64,000 nt of DNA from contig NC_058368.1 in NCBI RefSeq assembly GCF_018350175.1, positions 181,352,001-181,416,000 of the forward strand. Reading direction: 5' to 3'. The DNA is from Felis catus. Lineage: Eukaryota. This document shows, piece after piece, positions 11,744-24,900 of this stretch (its first letter is position 1; each line of letters starts with the position of its first letter). The notes under the pieces were generated by a model. The model searched no databases. It was not told where the DNA came from and saw only the letters and a list, made by a program, of their open reading frames with translations. Made by a program: the position numbers and the translations under genes.

Positions 11744-14066
11744 TTTTTTTTTATTTGTTTGTTCATGGTAGTAAGAGCAGAGAGCTTGAGCTCTGCCTTC
11801 TTAACAAATTCTTAAGTGTACAGAACAGTATCATTAACTATAAAAACAATGAACTTATTTGTCTTGCATAACTGAAACTTAATACCCATGGAACAACAAA
11901 TCCTCCCCTCCCCTTTTTTCCTCCCCTCATCCCCTGGCAAGCACTATTCTATTTTCTGATTCTATACCTGATTAGATACCTCATATAAATGAAATCATGC
12001 AGTGTTTGTCCTGTGATTGGCTTACTTCACATATCATGTTTGTCATCCATGTTGTCACGTATGTCAGGATTTCCTTATTTTTTATGGCTGAATAATATTT
12101 CACTGTATGTATATGCCACTTTTTCTTCATTCATTCATCAGTGGACATTTAGATTGTTTCTACATGTTGACTGCAGTGACTAACATGCCATAAATATGGG
12201 ATACACATATCTCCTTAGGATCCTGATTTTCATTCTTTTGGGCAATAGCCAAAAGTATGATTGCCAGATCATATGGCAACACTATTTTTAATTATTTGAG
12301 GAAATGTCATACTGTTTTCTACAGAGGTTACAGCATTTTCTATTCCTACCAATAGTGTATAACAGTTCAAATTTCTTCACATTCTTGCCAACACTTTTTT
12401 TTTTTTTTTTTTGCTAATGGCCTTTCTAACAAGTGTGAGATGATATCCCATGGTGACTTTAATCTGTATTTCCTTGATCATTAGTAAAGTTGACCATATT
12501 TTCATATACTTTTTGTCTTGTATATCTTCTTTGGCAAAACTGAAATCTTTCCTCTAAGAACAGAAATAAGGCAAGAATACCCACTCTTAACACTTCTATT
12601 TAACATAGTACTGGAAATCTTAGCCAGAGCAATTAGGCATGAAAAAGAAATTACAGGCACCCAAATTGGTAAGGAAGAAATGAAATTATCTATTTGCAGA
12701 TGACATATTCTTATATGCAGAAAACTCTAAAGACTTTACAAAAATCCTGCATCAAACAAATGAATTTGGCAATGCTGAAGGACACAAAATCAACATGGAA
12801 TAATCAGTTGTGTTTCTACACACTAAAATAAGCTAACTGAAAGGGAAATTATGAAAATAATTACATTTATAATAGCATCAAAAATAATAAAATACTTAGG
12901 AATTAACCTAATCAATTAGGTAAAAGATGTATATGCTGAAAACTACAAAATTTTGATAAAAGAAATTAAAGAAGACAGAAATAAATGGCAAGACACCCCT
13001 TATTCATGGACTGAAAACAACATTGTAAAATTATCCTTACTACCCAAAACAGTCTACAGATTCAATGCAATTCCTCTCAAAATCCCAATGATAATTTTAC
13101 AGTAATAGAAAAAAAATCCTAAAATTCATATGGACCACAAAGAACACCAAAATAGCCAAAGCAATCTTGAGAACAAAGCTGGGGCCATCACATTTCCTGA
13201 TACCAAAATATAAACTACAGTAATTAAAACATTACAGTATTGGTGTAAAGACAGACATATAGACAAATGAGGCAGAACAGAAATAAATCCACACAAAAAT
13301 GGTTAACTGATTTTTAGCAAGGATGCCAAGAATATACAATGGGGAGAGGCCAGTTTCTGTAAGAAACAGTGTTGGGTAAACTGGATATCCATACACAAAA
13401 GAATGAAACTGAAAACTTATGCTACACACAAAATCAACTAAAATGGATTAAAGATTTAAAAATAAGATCTGAAACTATAAAACGCCTAGAAGAAAAGAAC
13501 AAAAAAAATCCTGGCATTAGTCTTGGCAATATTTCTTGAATATGATACAAAAATCACAGGCAACAAAAGCAAAACTAGACAAACTGGTGGAGGGGGGGGG
13601 GCACATGTAGTGGCTCAGGAGGTTGAGCATCTGAATTCAGTTCAGGTCATGATCATGTGGTTCATTAGGTTGAGCCCCACATTGGGTTTGTTGCTGTCAG
13701 TGCAGAGTCTTCTTCGGATAATCTGTCCCCCTTTCTCTGCCCCTCATCTACTTGTGTGCTCTCTCTCTCTCTCAAAAATAAATAAACATTAAAATAATAA
13801 AAAAAAAAAACCTAGACAAATGGGACTATATCAAGCTAAAAAGCTTCTACATAGCAAAGAAAATATCAACAGAATGAAAAGGCAGTCTATGTAGTGGGAG
13901 GAAATATCTGCAAGTCATATATTTGATAAGGGATAATATTAAAAAAAGAAACAAGTCCTACAACTCAGTAGGAAAACAATAATAACAACTTAAAACCAAT
14001 AAACCAACGAACCAACCAACCAACCAACAAAAAAAAACAGATAATTACAAAACAAGCAGAGGATTT
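11744..14066 (-). mobile_element. 5'-inverted LINE-1 (L1MA9-like 3' end), about 2.3 kb
   Basis: 11744-~12535 is the 3' UTR and ORF2 end on the minus strand. ~12536-14066 is the ORF2 RT-to-C-terminal region on the plus strand ([48 protein letters not shown], tttgcagatgac). Confidence 0.92.
13592..13810 (+). mobile_element. Feline CAN-SINE nested in the L1
   Basis: ggggcacatgtagtggctcagg...ctcaaaaataaataaacatt plus A tail. TSD aaaactagacaaactgg / aaaacctagacaaatgg. Confidence 0.93.
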
Positions 14067-14947
14067 GGGAGTCATTTTTTACTTCTCTTTTTCACACACT
14101 TCCCAGCTAATATATCTGAAAAAACTACCACCTCAACCTTCAAAATATGTTGAGAATCAGACAATTTATCATCACATCCATTGGTCCTAGATACTGTCAT
14201 CTCTTGTCTTGGTTACCACAATAGCCCCTTAACTGGTCTCACCCTTGCCCCTTTCACTCCATTCTAAACATAATAGCCAGAGTGATATTTAATAGGATAT
14301 TTAAATAGGAAATCAGATCATGTCACTCTTATGCTCAAAACTCTGCATGGATATCCATTTTCCTCAGAATAAAACCACAAATGAAAATTATCTATGATGC
14401 TTTACATGACCTAGCTCTGCCTCTGTCCTCAAGTCCTACTATTCTTCCCAGTTTGCTTTCTGATGCAATCCCTTCGATTTCCTTAAATGCACCACGAATA
14501 TTCCTGAATTAAACTTTTTGAATTAGCTCTTTCATTTGCCTGGGATGCCACATCCCCAGAAATCTGCATAGTCTTTCACAACTTAATTCTTTGACTCCTT
14601 TAAGTTTTGGTTTGTTCAAATGTCGCCTTTTCAAAGAAGCCTTCGACATTCCCCAGTCTATTTAATACTGCAAAAGTACAACCACATACTCCTATTTTAA
14701 TTCTTATAGCATTTATCAGTTTTTAGTATAGTGTTTTATTTACTTCTTTCTTTCCCCTTCCTTCTTTCTTTGTCTCCTCTCTCCCTCCTTTTCCTTTCCT
14801 CCCTTACTTTCTTTCTCTCTCTCCATTTTTATGGTCTATATCTCCAAGTAAAATTTAAGTTTCAAGAGAGTCATAATCTCTTTCTAGTTTGTTACTGATA
14901 CATCCCAAGCACAATACATAATAGGTGCACAATAAATATTTTGAATG
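14067..14947 (+). mobile_element. Long L2 LINE, 3' part (L2a-like end)
   Basis: gggagtcattttttacttctc...accttcaaaatatg...cagccagagtgat-like...aatcagatcatgtcactcttatgctcaaaactctgcatgg...ataggtgcacaataaatattttgaatg. Confidence 0.85.
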
Positions 14948-15259
14948 TAGCAAATGTTTATACTTGTTGTTAATCATTACTTAATATATTTAAATTGCCC
15001 TAGAGATCAGTTTACCAGTCATATGGGGAAGCCATTCTCATTTATGTTCCTGACCTACTCTCTGTTTTTAAATTGATTTATTTCTCCCTGAAATGGATAA
15101 GTTCTTCCCGTTTTTCCCCCTTTAATTAAAACAGCAGTAATGGAGAGGGGGAAAAAAAAGATTTTGGATTGAGAGAATATTCAGACACACCAAAATTAGA
15201 AACCATTAGGAACCCCTAACGAAAATTATATAAGCAAAAATGGATACAGAACTACCAGG

Positions 15260-16110
15260 TGCAAACCAGTATGCCTTCAGTCTCTTTTCTTTGTCTTCTA
15301 TCCAACTATTAAGAGCTATTCAGAGGTTGCTCCTGGCCGTCTACTCTTATTTCTCTGTCTTTCTCCTTATAAGCTCAACTTCCAGATAATCTATAAACCA
15401 CTATGCTGATGTTCATTCTCAAAGTGATGTCTCCAGTTCAGAGCTCTCCTCTAGGTCCCATTCTTAACAATTACATAATTATTGACATTACCTTTCTACT
15501 TGAATGTATTGTGTTACATAGCAACATCCAAAATGGAACTCTTGGTCAGCCCCTCAATTCTATCCTTTCCAAGGATTCGCATTTTCATACATAAGTATCC
15601 ATCCAATTGCTAAAGACAAAAATCCTTGATATCTTTTGTTCATCATTTCCTACATTCAAACCATCTTCAAGTTCTGTATATTTTATCTTTCAAATGAATT
15701 TCAAATCATTTGCTTCTTTACCTTGGTAAAGACTATACCATTTCCCCAAAGGCTACACAATTTCTCCCAAGTTCCAAAAGAAATGGATAAATGAAATGCT
15801 ACAGAATTCAGAGGTGTGGGAATTCACATATAGTTAAAGAGACTAGAAGGGTCTTGATTCCAAGTCTAAGAGGACTTGGCATCTTAGATAATTCTTTGAT
15901 GATAATGGGAATATTATTGATGTGTAGATTTGGGATAGCAGTCAAAGCAAAGGCAACAGTACAAAGACTCAGAGGAGGAAAGAGTATGCTCTAGAAAAAA
16001 TACACAGCCCAGTTGGACTAGATCCGAAAATATATTTAGAGGAGAAGTGGGAGCAAGGGCTAAAAACATAAAATTGGACTATTTTGTGGAGGGCGTGAAA
16101 TACCACAGAG
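15260..16110. mobile_element. Two degenerate L2 fragments (plus ~15260-15770, minus ~15780-16110)
   Basis: ctatgctgatgttcattctcaaagtgatgtctccagttcagagctctc...caacatccaaaatggaactc; then tgctacagaattcagaggtg...gcaaaggcaacagtacaaagactcagagg. Confidence 0.55.
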
Positions 16111-16830
16111 GGACAGATTAAGTTGATTTGTATACTTCCTGCCTTCCCAATGTGCCTTTTTGTTCATAGCCATAAATGTGTATCAGTGGAAGTGGAAGAC
16201 AGCTTGTATTCTCTTAATTATTCTGCATTTCACTAGGGTCTTTTCCATTCTGCATGTACAAAGGGATGCTCCAGAATATAGAACTTTTTCTACTCTTTTA
16301 TTTCTATAACATCAATTATTAAGCAACACTCTATATTAGTAGAGCCATATGCTTATTATAATAGTAATTGCTTCCACATGATTATTTTCAGAGATTTTTC
16401 TTAATGTACTGAGATATTTATCTTTCATGCAAAACTACCTATTTTGTAAAAATACCAATAGCTGGGATACCACTGTGTTTATGATTACTATCCTCATTGA
16501 ATCAAAGGCACCATATAGATGGAGAAAGTTTTAAGAATATTTAATACATCATTTACTCGATTCTATCTCCTCAAGGTGCCTTGCAGATTGTCTTAGCAGA
16601 TGTGAATTTCCTTTTATCATGTGGAATGCAATTCTGTCCTTGGTTTGTTATAAATTAACAATCTGAAATAAAGTCCCACATTCTGAACAACAGCTAAAAT
16701 ATTTAATATGTCTTATCCTACAAAGAGCTAGTTGTTTTTTTCCCCCCTTTGGTCGATGCAACCACTTTAAATAGTTTTCTAGCTTTAGACTGATGAATTA
16801 AATGGATTTCTGAGATCTCCAGGTCAAGCC

Positions 16831-16882
16831 TATGTATGTATATATGTACGCGTATGTGTGTACGTGTGTATACACATATATG
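16831..16882. repeat. Alternating purine-pyrimidine tract
   Basis: tatgtatgtatatatgtacgcgtatgtgtgtacgtgtgtatacacatatatg, 52 bp without a break in alternation. Confidence 0.85.
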
Positions 16883-16959
16883 ATGTTCCACCCTATAGGA
16901 AATAAGTTGCATAATTTTGAGAATGTAACCCAGTGATTTTCACACCTGTAAATGAACAT

Positions 16960-18480
16960 TTTCAACTATATTATCAAAAACAAAGTACAATAGGACTTAT
17001 TCTGGGATTACTGCAGGCATCATAAAAAAAAACTAAAAAAAAAAAGTGAGCATAATCCAACATCTTCTCATCTGGAGAAGAAATACAAAACATGAAATAA
17101 GACATATAAACATTCAATAAACACATGGAAAGTCACTCAGCCTCACTCATATTCAAGTAAATGAAAAACAGAATAAATATCTTTTCATCAAGAAATAGAA
17201 AAAATATTGGGAGAGTTTCCAGTGACTCCTGACCAATACTGTGTGTGCCCACATGATGCTAACACAGTGCCGGAGCAAGGGGCAACTTTCCTGTTGGGAA
17301 ACTAGTGGAAGAGAATTACAATTTTGGATAACCATATATGTCTAAGTTTTTCATGAATATATTATAGGATGAGAATTAGGAATGTGCACTGGAATTTAGC
17401 TATAAGGATTTTATTCATCAATTGTTCTTTACAGCTTCTAAAAATAAATAAATAAGTGAAAGAAATTTGAAAAAAGGTATTATGCTAAAGGAGCACTATG
17501 TACCCCTTAATTATTATGGAAAATACTGAATGCCATGGGAAAATGATTATATTTACTAAAAACATTAAGGCTACAAAGGGCATGCAAATTGTGATGCCAA
17601 CTCTGTAAAAATATTAATATCATACACACATGTATTTTCATATATTTTAAAAGCTTATGTTATATGTTTTACACATATGTATATTCCTATATCTATGTAT
17701 TATATATTAATATGTTAATATATGTAACCATATATATACTTACTATAGACATCATAAATATTAACAATAAAAATTTGGCCTTCAATAATTGTTAGTACTA
17801 AAATGAAAGGTTGGTAATGTTGGGATTTATTTCAAGAGTCCAGATTGCTAGGACTCTTTAGAGAGCAAGGAAAAGGACATTACTTTGTATCACATCCTAT
17901 GGGACTTGGCTAATCTATTTATTCTTATTAAATAAGGAAGACTGAAAGTACCAAAACTTAGTACTTATCTTAAAACGTTAGACAAAAATGAGGCACCATC
18001 TGAGCATCCATTTGTTCATTTTGGCTCAGGTCATGATCACAGGATTGTGGGATGGAGCCCTGAAGAGGGCTCTGCATTGAACATGAGCCTGCTAAGATTC
18101 TCTCTCTCTCTCTCCCACTGCCCCTTCTTTTCAGCTCACACGCTCTCAAAGTTAGACAAAATTAACAAAATATACTCTAAATTTCAAACATGAGAGAATT
18201 AAAATTAAAGGATGAACTTGATGAAAAAGAAAGCGTGAGAATAATACAGACAGGTAGAAAGCTTGAAAGAAAAATAAATATATTCACATCAAATCTGGTT
18301 TTTAAAAGATCTGAGAGATAAAAATACAAGTATAGGGATGAGAAGAGAGACCCAAATGAAGTTACAGAGATTATAATAAAGTATATGAATACAGGACTCC
18401 AAAAGCAATAAGGATACAGAAAGAGAAAGAATCTTTAAGAAACTGTTAATCAACTACAACACACTGAATGTTCCTATAAA
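16960..18480 (+). mobile_element. Highly decayed LINE-1 (L1ME-like) fragments
   Basis: agaagaaatacaaaacatgaaataa...catggaaagtcactcagcctcactcatattcaagtaaatg...gttgggaaactagtggaa; A-rich ORF2-like sequence after 18150. Confidence 0.5.
17990..18150 (+). mobile_element. Older CAN-SINE with internal deletion and almost no A tail
   Basis: ttggctcaggtcatgatcacaggattgtgggatggagccc...gagcctgctaagattctctctc. TSD gttagacaaaa at 17977 and 18151. Confidence 0.88.
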
Positions 18481-18851
18481 AATAATGTTATGACCTATCT
18501 TCCTTGTACATAGCACTATTTGATGCTATTATTTAATCATTTGATTAAGTAGTATAAATGCTGGGTTATGGCTGTTGTAACACGGTATTGTATGCATAAG
18601 CATAACAGATAAATGTCAAGAATATTTCCTATACTCTAAGAGCTTCAAATTAGATGCTTTTCAAATTTTAGTATTTTAATTATATCCAACATTCATATGC
18701 TAGTTAGGGGTTAATTTCTCCACTTGAAATACCAAGAAGCAGGAATCAAAATCTCTGTAATCCAGGGATTGATTTTTTAAGACCTTCTACCTGGATTACT
18801 GTTTCCTTCTCTGATATCGCCACTTCTAATTTTGTTACCTTTCTGTCCAAA

Positions 18852-18855
<4 letters not shown>

Positions 18856-18905
<50 letters not shown>

Positions 18906-18907
18906 TG
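18856..18907. repeat. (TG)n microsatellite
   Basis: About 21 TG units plus a short interrupted extension. Confidence 0.97.
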
Positions 18908-21900
18908 CACTTTAATTAGATACTTTCTAAAACAGAAAAGTCTCTGCTGAAAGAAACTTTCAGTAATTTTCTCATGACTTCTTGGTCAGACCTTATTTCC
19001 TTAGGGTGAAAGTCAGCATTCTTGATCATCTGATCCCTACATATCTACTGATATATTTCTACTGCTGTCTAATAAAAGTCACTATGTTCCCATTAGTCTG
19101 ACTAGAGTCGGAATTTTATGGAAAAAAATATTCCTGAAAAATCATCATCATTTTTACATATCTTCCCTTATTCTCCAGCTACCATACCAATTGTTTTTAA
19201 TTCATTTGGAATATCCATCATCTCATTTCCACTCGTATAAACTCTCTCATTTATAACCTAATTAAAACTCCACTCTTCAAAGCTGCCCCTATTATAACAG
19301 TCTGCTGACAAATGCAATGTTTATTTTCTTATTTCCCTACCGAGAGTAGATAGAAATTTCTCTATAAATGTACAGAGGTGCTTGCTTTCTTCAATAAACA
19401 GTAAAGTACATATTTTTATCTATCCATATAAGAAGTGAAAGTTGACACAAGGAATTGAGAGAAGAAAATAGAAACTCAAAAAAATAATAAGGTATGATCA
19501 GTACAGATAGCTATGAACAACAAGAAAGACAATCTAACAGGTTGCCACAAGATAATGGATTATCTACATATTCCAAGGGGAGTCTGGCTCCTTAGACTTC
19601 ATCTCCTGGGAAATAAAATGTCTAAAACAATATTCACTTAACATTTTGTCACAAACCCATATCAATATAAAACTTTTGGCTACAAATCCAATGTATATAG
19701 TTTTGCATTTATATAATCTATCATATATGTGTGTTTGTATATATACTAATATATGCATGATAAAACATACTCAAAAATAGAAATATTAAAGGAGAAATGA
19801 ACAGAAAGCAAATACAAACAGAACTTTTCATATCTTTCTGTACCCCAATGAGCCTTGATGCTCAAATCAGATTTTGAAAACCTAATCCCACTAATTTTAA
19901 CAAGAGGGCAGAATGAAATAATAAAGAAATGAGCTCACTGATGCTGTGACTGATCCTAAAGTCCTGAGGGCAGAGGTCAGGGCTGGGAATGGAAGAAGGA
20001 CATAGAAGAATATATTTTATGTTTTGCAAATAAATCAGCCTTCCCAGCAAATCAAACACCATATCTCTGACAGACCCAGGAGAACTGGGTCTGAGAACTC
20101 CCAGGAGGCAAGAATTCTTATGAGGGAACAGAGAGAAAGTGGGTACTTTTAGGTGCATTCTGACTTGAGTGGATAGGAAAGCATAACTGGAACAGTGGCC
20201 TTGAGTCTTTAAGGGGAAGGCACATTGGTCCTAGAGGGCCAACAGAGGTCAAGTCAAAAGAGGGTCAGTGTAGGCCTCCCTTCTCTCCCACCTCTAAAAC
20301 TGTACACTACCAAAAGTTGACAGTACTCAATTGGGCATTTTCGTATATGGCCTTATGTTGCCATCTCCCTGGACTCTGATCAATTTGTATTTCTTGATGT
20401 CTGTCCTTCTCAATAATAACCCTCATCCCAACTGAACTCCTCCCGCCATGAACTTAAGCAGACACAGACATACAAAGACACATGCTATGGTCTTGTGTAA
20501 TGCTGACTATCTAGCAGCCCTTCCTTAAATCTTTTCAGAGATAAAATAGGAATCCTCCAAATTAAAGTGTCTTCTCATCTGAGATTACTTAGCTACTTTT
20601 CATCAATTCTAAATAAAAACAAGAACATAGTTTTATCAGCATCATGTATGTGTGTATTTTAAAATATACATATTTCACCAATATGCATAACTTTCTAAAT
20701 ACCAATTTTCTTTCTTTTTAAAATTCATTTCAAAGATCTTTTAGGATCAGTGAATGTGTGGTAGCATATTTCATGCATAGAATAAAGAAATACATTCCAA
20801 TCCTCTTCCTGTGTCTAGATGCTCTATGTAAGTCCATGACCCTCTTTTTTATGTTTAAGCCAAGGAGAGATATCGCTGTGGTGTCAGTCTTTTCCTATTC
20901 CCCTCAGGCCAGGGTAAATGTCCATGAATGGAATTCTCAAAGAACGTCAACTTGGATATTTCAGCCCCTTCCATTAGTAAACATGCTTGAATTTCAATTA
21001 CTTTTTCTCCTTCACAAATACCCTTGGGATGCTAAGAGAACTGGCAGTATACTACATTGTGTGTGAGCAAAAGCCACCTCTGAATAACACTCAGGAATCC
21101 TGCTGATACACTTGTAGAAGAGCATTTCTTAGTTTGTGGAGCACTGTTCCCAGTTCTTGTTCCCAACTCAGCATTATCCAATATCGCTCCAAGTCCTTCT
21201 CTTTTGAGGCACTGGAGGTCTTTGTATATCACTGCATTTTTCTCTTCTAGCCTTTGCTTTATTGTCTTTCACTTCATTGTAACAGACTCCATAAACCATT
21301 TGCCTGATCAAAACTGAGCATAATTAGAACAAAGTCATTTTCCTCCTCTTTAAATGGCTTCCTCCTATAAAGCCCTGGGGTTTTCCTCAATCAGCTGAAA
21401 TAGCTAAAGTTTTTAAAGTAGGTTCTCCCTCCATCTATTTCCTAAAAGTCCACCCAGATACTTTTACATTAAAATGGCTTTCAGTATATGTGTTGAAATC
21501 AAAAGTTCTGACTTTAATTTTTTTAGCACTGCAGAAGATAGGGATGGCGAATCATCCACTCCCCCTCCCTTCCCACGTGCATATAATTATTTTCTTAATT
21601 TTGAAATGAAATTTATTTTCATTTGTATAATCTCATCAGAATACCTTAAAATTACTTCAGAAATATGGTAAAGCAAAATTAAGCCCATTTTACAGGTGAG
21701 TCAAACTTATAAAAAAAACAAGCAACATCAATATTTTAAACACATGTTAAATTAAGCTAACGTTGTTTCTAGCTTTCTTTCTACCATTTTCATCACCTCT
21801 GGTTGCCCGGAATTTTGTATAGAAGTCAAGGGTGGTAACTTGAGTGCTCCAAAAGCTAAGCATACTTTAAATAAGTGGAGTACATTGAAGGGAGCTCAGG

Positions 21901-24900
21901 TAAATCAGATGACATGGGCCCATCTAGAGCCACTATGGTTAGTATTTCTAACCCAATTCATCCTGAAGGAAAGCAGGACAAGCATTACTGGACCTTGTAC
22001 ATTTCACGAGAAGCCAACAATAAAAACTTCTACTTAAAATTGTTGGTTAGTAATGTCAAATTTTTTAAACATGGGAACGACCAAATAAAACAACTCATGA
22101 ACTACAGTTCATAGCCTCTAGGTTAATGACTGTTCTGTGAATCTCTTCCCTTGACCTTTGATGCCTTTAACATTCCTCAAACTGAGTTTAGGGAAACTGG
22201 GAAGGACAATCTTCAAGGTAGTTCTTTTGGCTAGTGCTGAATAATACTAAACATTAAATCACAAGTAACATTTTTAGCTTCAGGTATAAGCATTTGTACA
22301 TAATACCTACATATCTGCAATTTCTATCCTGCTTACAAATCTATTACTTGAAATTTTCTCCTTCCCCTCACTGTGTCCTAGTTTCAGAATGGGTAAATGA
22401 AATGTCTCCTTACTTGGCATACACCTTTGCAAATGCTTTTTGCTTCACATTTTATTTTGCACAGGTTCATCCGGATACAGTTGTCTGTAGAAAATTTATA
22501 CTATCAACTTCCTTGGCTTTAACCCATTTTATTTACAGCTTTAATACGTGATTGCATCTCTCTCCCAAATTTAAATTTAATTTGAACCTTGACAAACAAC
22601 AACTAAACTAAAAAGTGACTGAACAATAAGCAAAAAAGTGAAGAGTTTTCTGAGTGAAGAGGCTTCTGGGGGTGAAGTGACAAAACAGTTTGCCTCTCAC
22701 CCAGTGACTGCCTTTGCTGCATAACTGAAGTGAAAGTACAGATATCAGGAACTCAGCAGCTTAAAACCAAATGATTATCCACCAAGCCCAATGTCTCCCT
22801 GAAGGCCTAGAGATTACACGTGTAATAATCAGGCTGCCCTTGCCAAAAGTAAGGCTTAGTGCTTCATTTTATTTATTGTATTTATTGAATGGAGCCATTC
22901 CTTGATAGCCCCCGGGAGCATTAACAAACATGAAAGCAACCACCAAAGGAAAGAAAGAAATATATAAATAACTAAAAACCATGCCACTAAAGTTTATAAT
23001 CTGGAACATGCAGTATTGACACTCTTTAAAGTCCTCTGTTCTACTTTCAAGTAACGTAAGCATCGCTTCCATTTGCCAAAAACCTAAATCTTTAAAGTCT
23101 TGGACAGGTCCCTCTGCAAAACTTATCAGTCCCTCTTTTTAACGTACCAAGCAATGTGACAATGTGATATTCCTAAATTCTGCATCTAGTTCTACATTAT
23201 TATCAGTTGTATTTTAGCATTGTGATAACCATATATTTAAGACTCTCCTTAACAAACTTTTTGCAAAATAAGGTGCCTCTAATATCTGAACTTTTAGGAA
23301 ATTGAGCAGTTATTAAAATCATAGCATCCTTTCATATAGGAGTAGACCAAAAATCTTTTGACAGGTGATATTTTTTTCTCCTGTCTTTTATTTTTCAATC
23401 CATGGACGATTCATTTCACATTCCTTACAAATATTACTCTTTCAAATTTGCAAGCATAAAAAAGAAAGCTTAAAAACACAATTTGGAATAATTGTCATCA
23501 AAATGGATTTAAAGTTTGTTTTGTTTTCTTCCATGTTTTTTGTTTTCCTTTGTTTTGTTTCTAAGGAATCGAGACAGTATTTTTTTCCATGGAAGGTTTT
23601 TTCTATAAAGTTTGGCTGGAAAAGAAATCATCCCTGTATCAACATCGAAAGCACAGTCAAGTATTACTATATTTCTGTAGCTCATTTACTATTCTTATTC
23701 CCAACTTTAAGAGCAAAATATGAGCCTTTGGCTATAATTATCTGGTGCTTATAGTAAGTTTTTACATCTGTTCCAAGCATTCTCTGTAAATTTTATATGT
23801 GCAATGATAAGGAAGAAGAAAGGAGTACAGTGGATTGTAAAACACAAAATAAATTCAAGAGTATGCAAGCATAATAGAGTGGGGCAGAAACAGAAACCTG
23901 GTAGCAGGTCTTACATGTGCATACATATAGGCTACTCTAACAAATTTATCTAGGGGCTGCTTTGTGAAGAGAAAAGAAGACTTGAGAAACTCACCTCACA
24001 TGATGAATGAACGCACTGCGGTTGGTGGCAATAACCTATAGATACTCTTCCTGGTTTTAAGGAAAAATCCTTCCTCCCCTCAGAGTTCTGTCTTCCGGAC
24101 TCAATTAACATGCAGAGAGTACCTGGGTGTGTTCAAGCCCTCAGGAAGAGACAGGAACACTGCAGACCTCTGCCAACAGGACTCACAATCTAATACAACC
24201 TATGTTCCCCAAACACACTTTACACAAATCCATTATGTGCCAAGAGCCAGCTTGTTTTATAAATGCATTTTGCAAAATGCAATGAAATTAACCCAACATT
24301 TGTATTTTCAACCTCAAAGTACATTATGAGAATTATAAATTTCCCAATTGACAAGAAACGAAAATGAACATTGTCTTTATTTACTTTGGGTGGAAACAGA
24401 GAAGGTAAAGAGAAGGCTAATTTTCTTCTTTATCCAAGGCCAGATTTAGTTTTCTCTAATTTCTGGCTCTCTGTTCCACAGACAAGCTTCTTTCCTTTGA
24501 GTTTTCTTTTTCTTTATGGATTTCTAATAAAATAACTAAAACTAGAATTATGTTGGAAAAAAAACCCACTCAAGGATATTTTTAAGTCCCCAAGGTGAAG
24601 ATATTGCCTAAGGGAATCAAGAGTACACAGACCGAATTTTTTACAGTGTGTGCTATTCTGCATTTTTAAAGAGGCAATTAGTTATTCTTGTGTATTAGTG
24701 ACTGCCCCATTTTCTCCATAACTCAGGTGATACAAAGGGCCTAAGAGAGGACATACTTTAAATGGGACATTTATTACCCCAAAAAAGGGATGATTCTAAT
24801 TTAAAGTCACTGAGAAAGCTATTTCTATAGATGCAGTCAAATTACACAGCAGCAAAAACTTGGCCTTGCTGTTCTGAACTCTCACTGCCATTTCTAACTA

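Noticed and set aside
11262..11771. 169-aa ORF
   Set aside because: Lies within the decayed L2 and runs into an L1 tail; no recognisable protein.
12518..12703. RT-like 61-aa ORF
   Set aside because: Frameshifted fragment of L1 ORF2 in the inverted segment.
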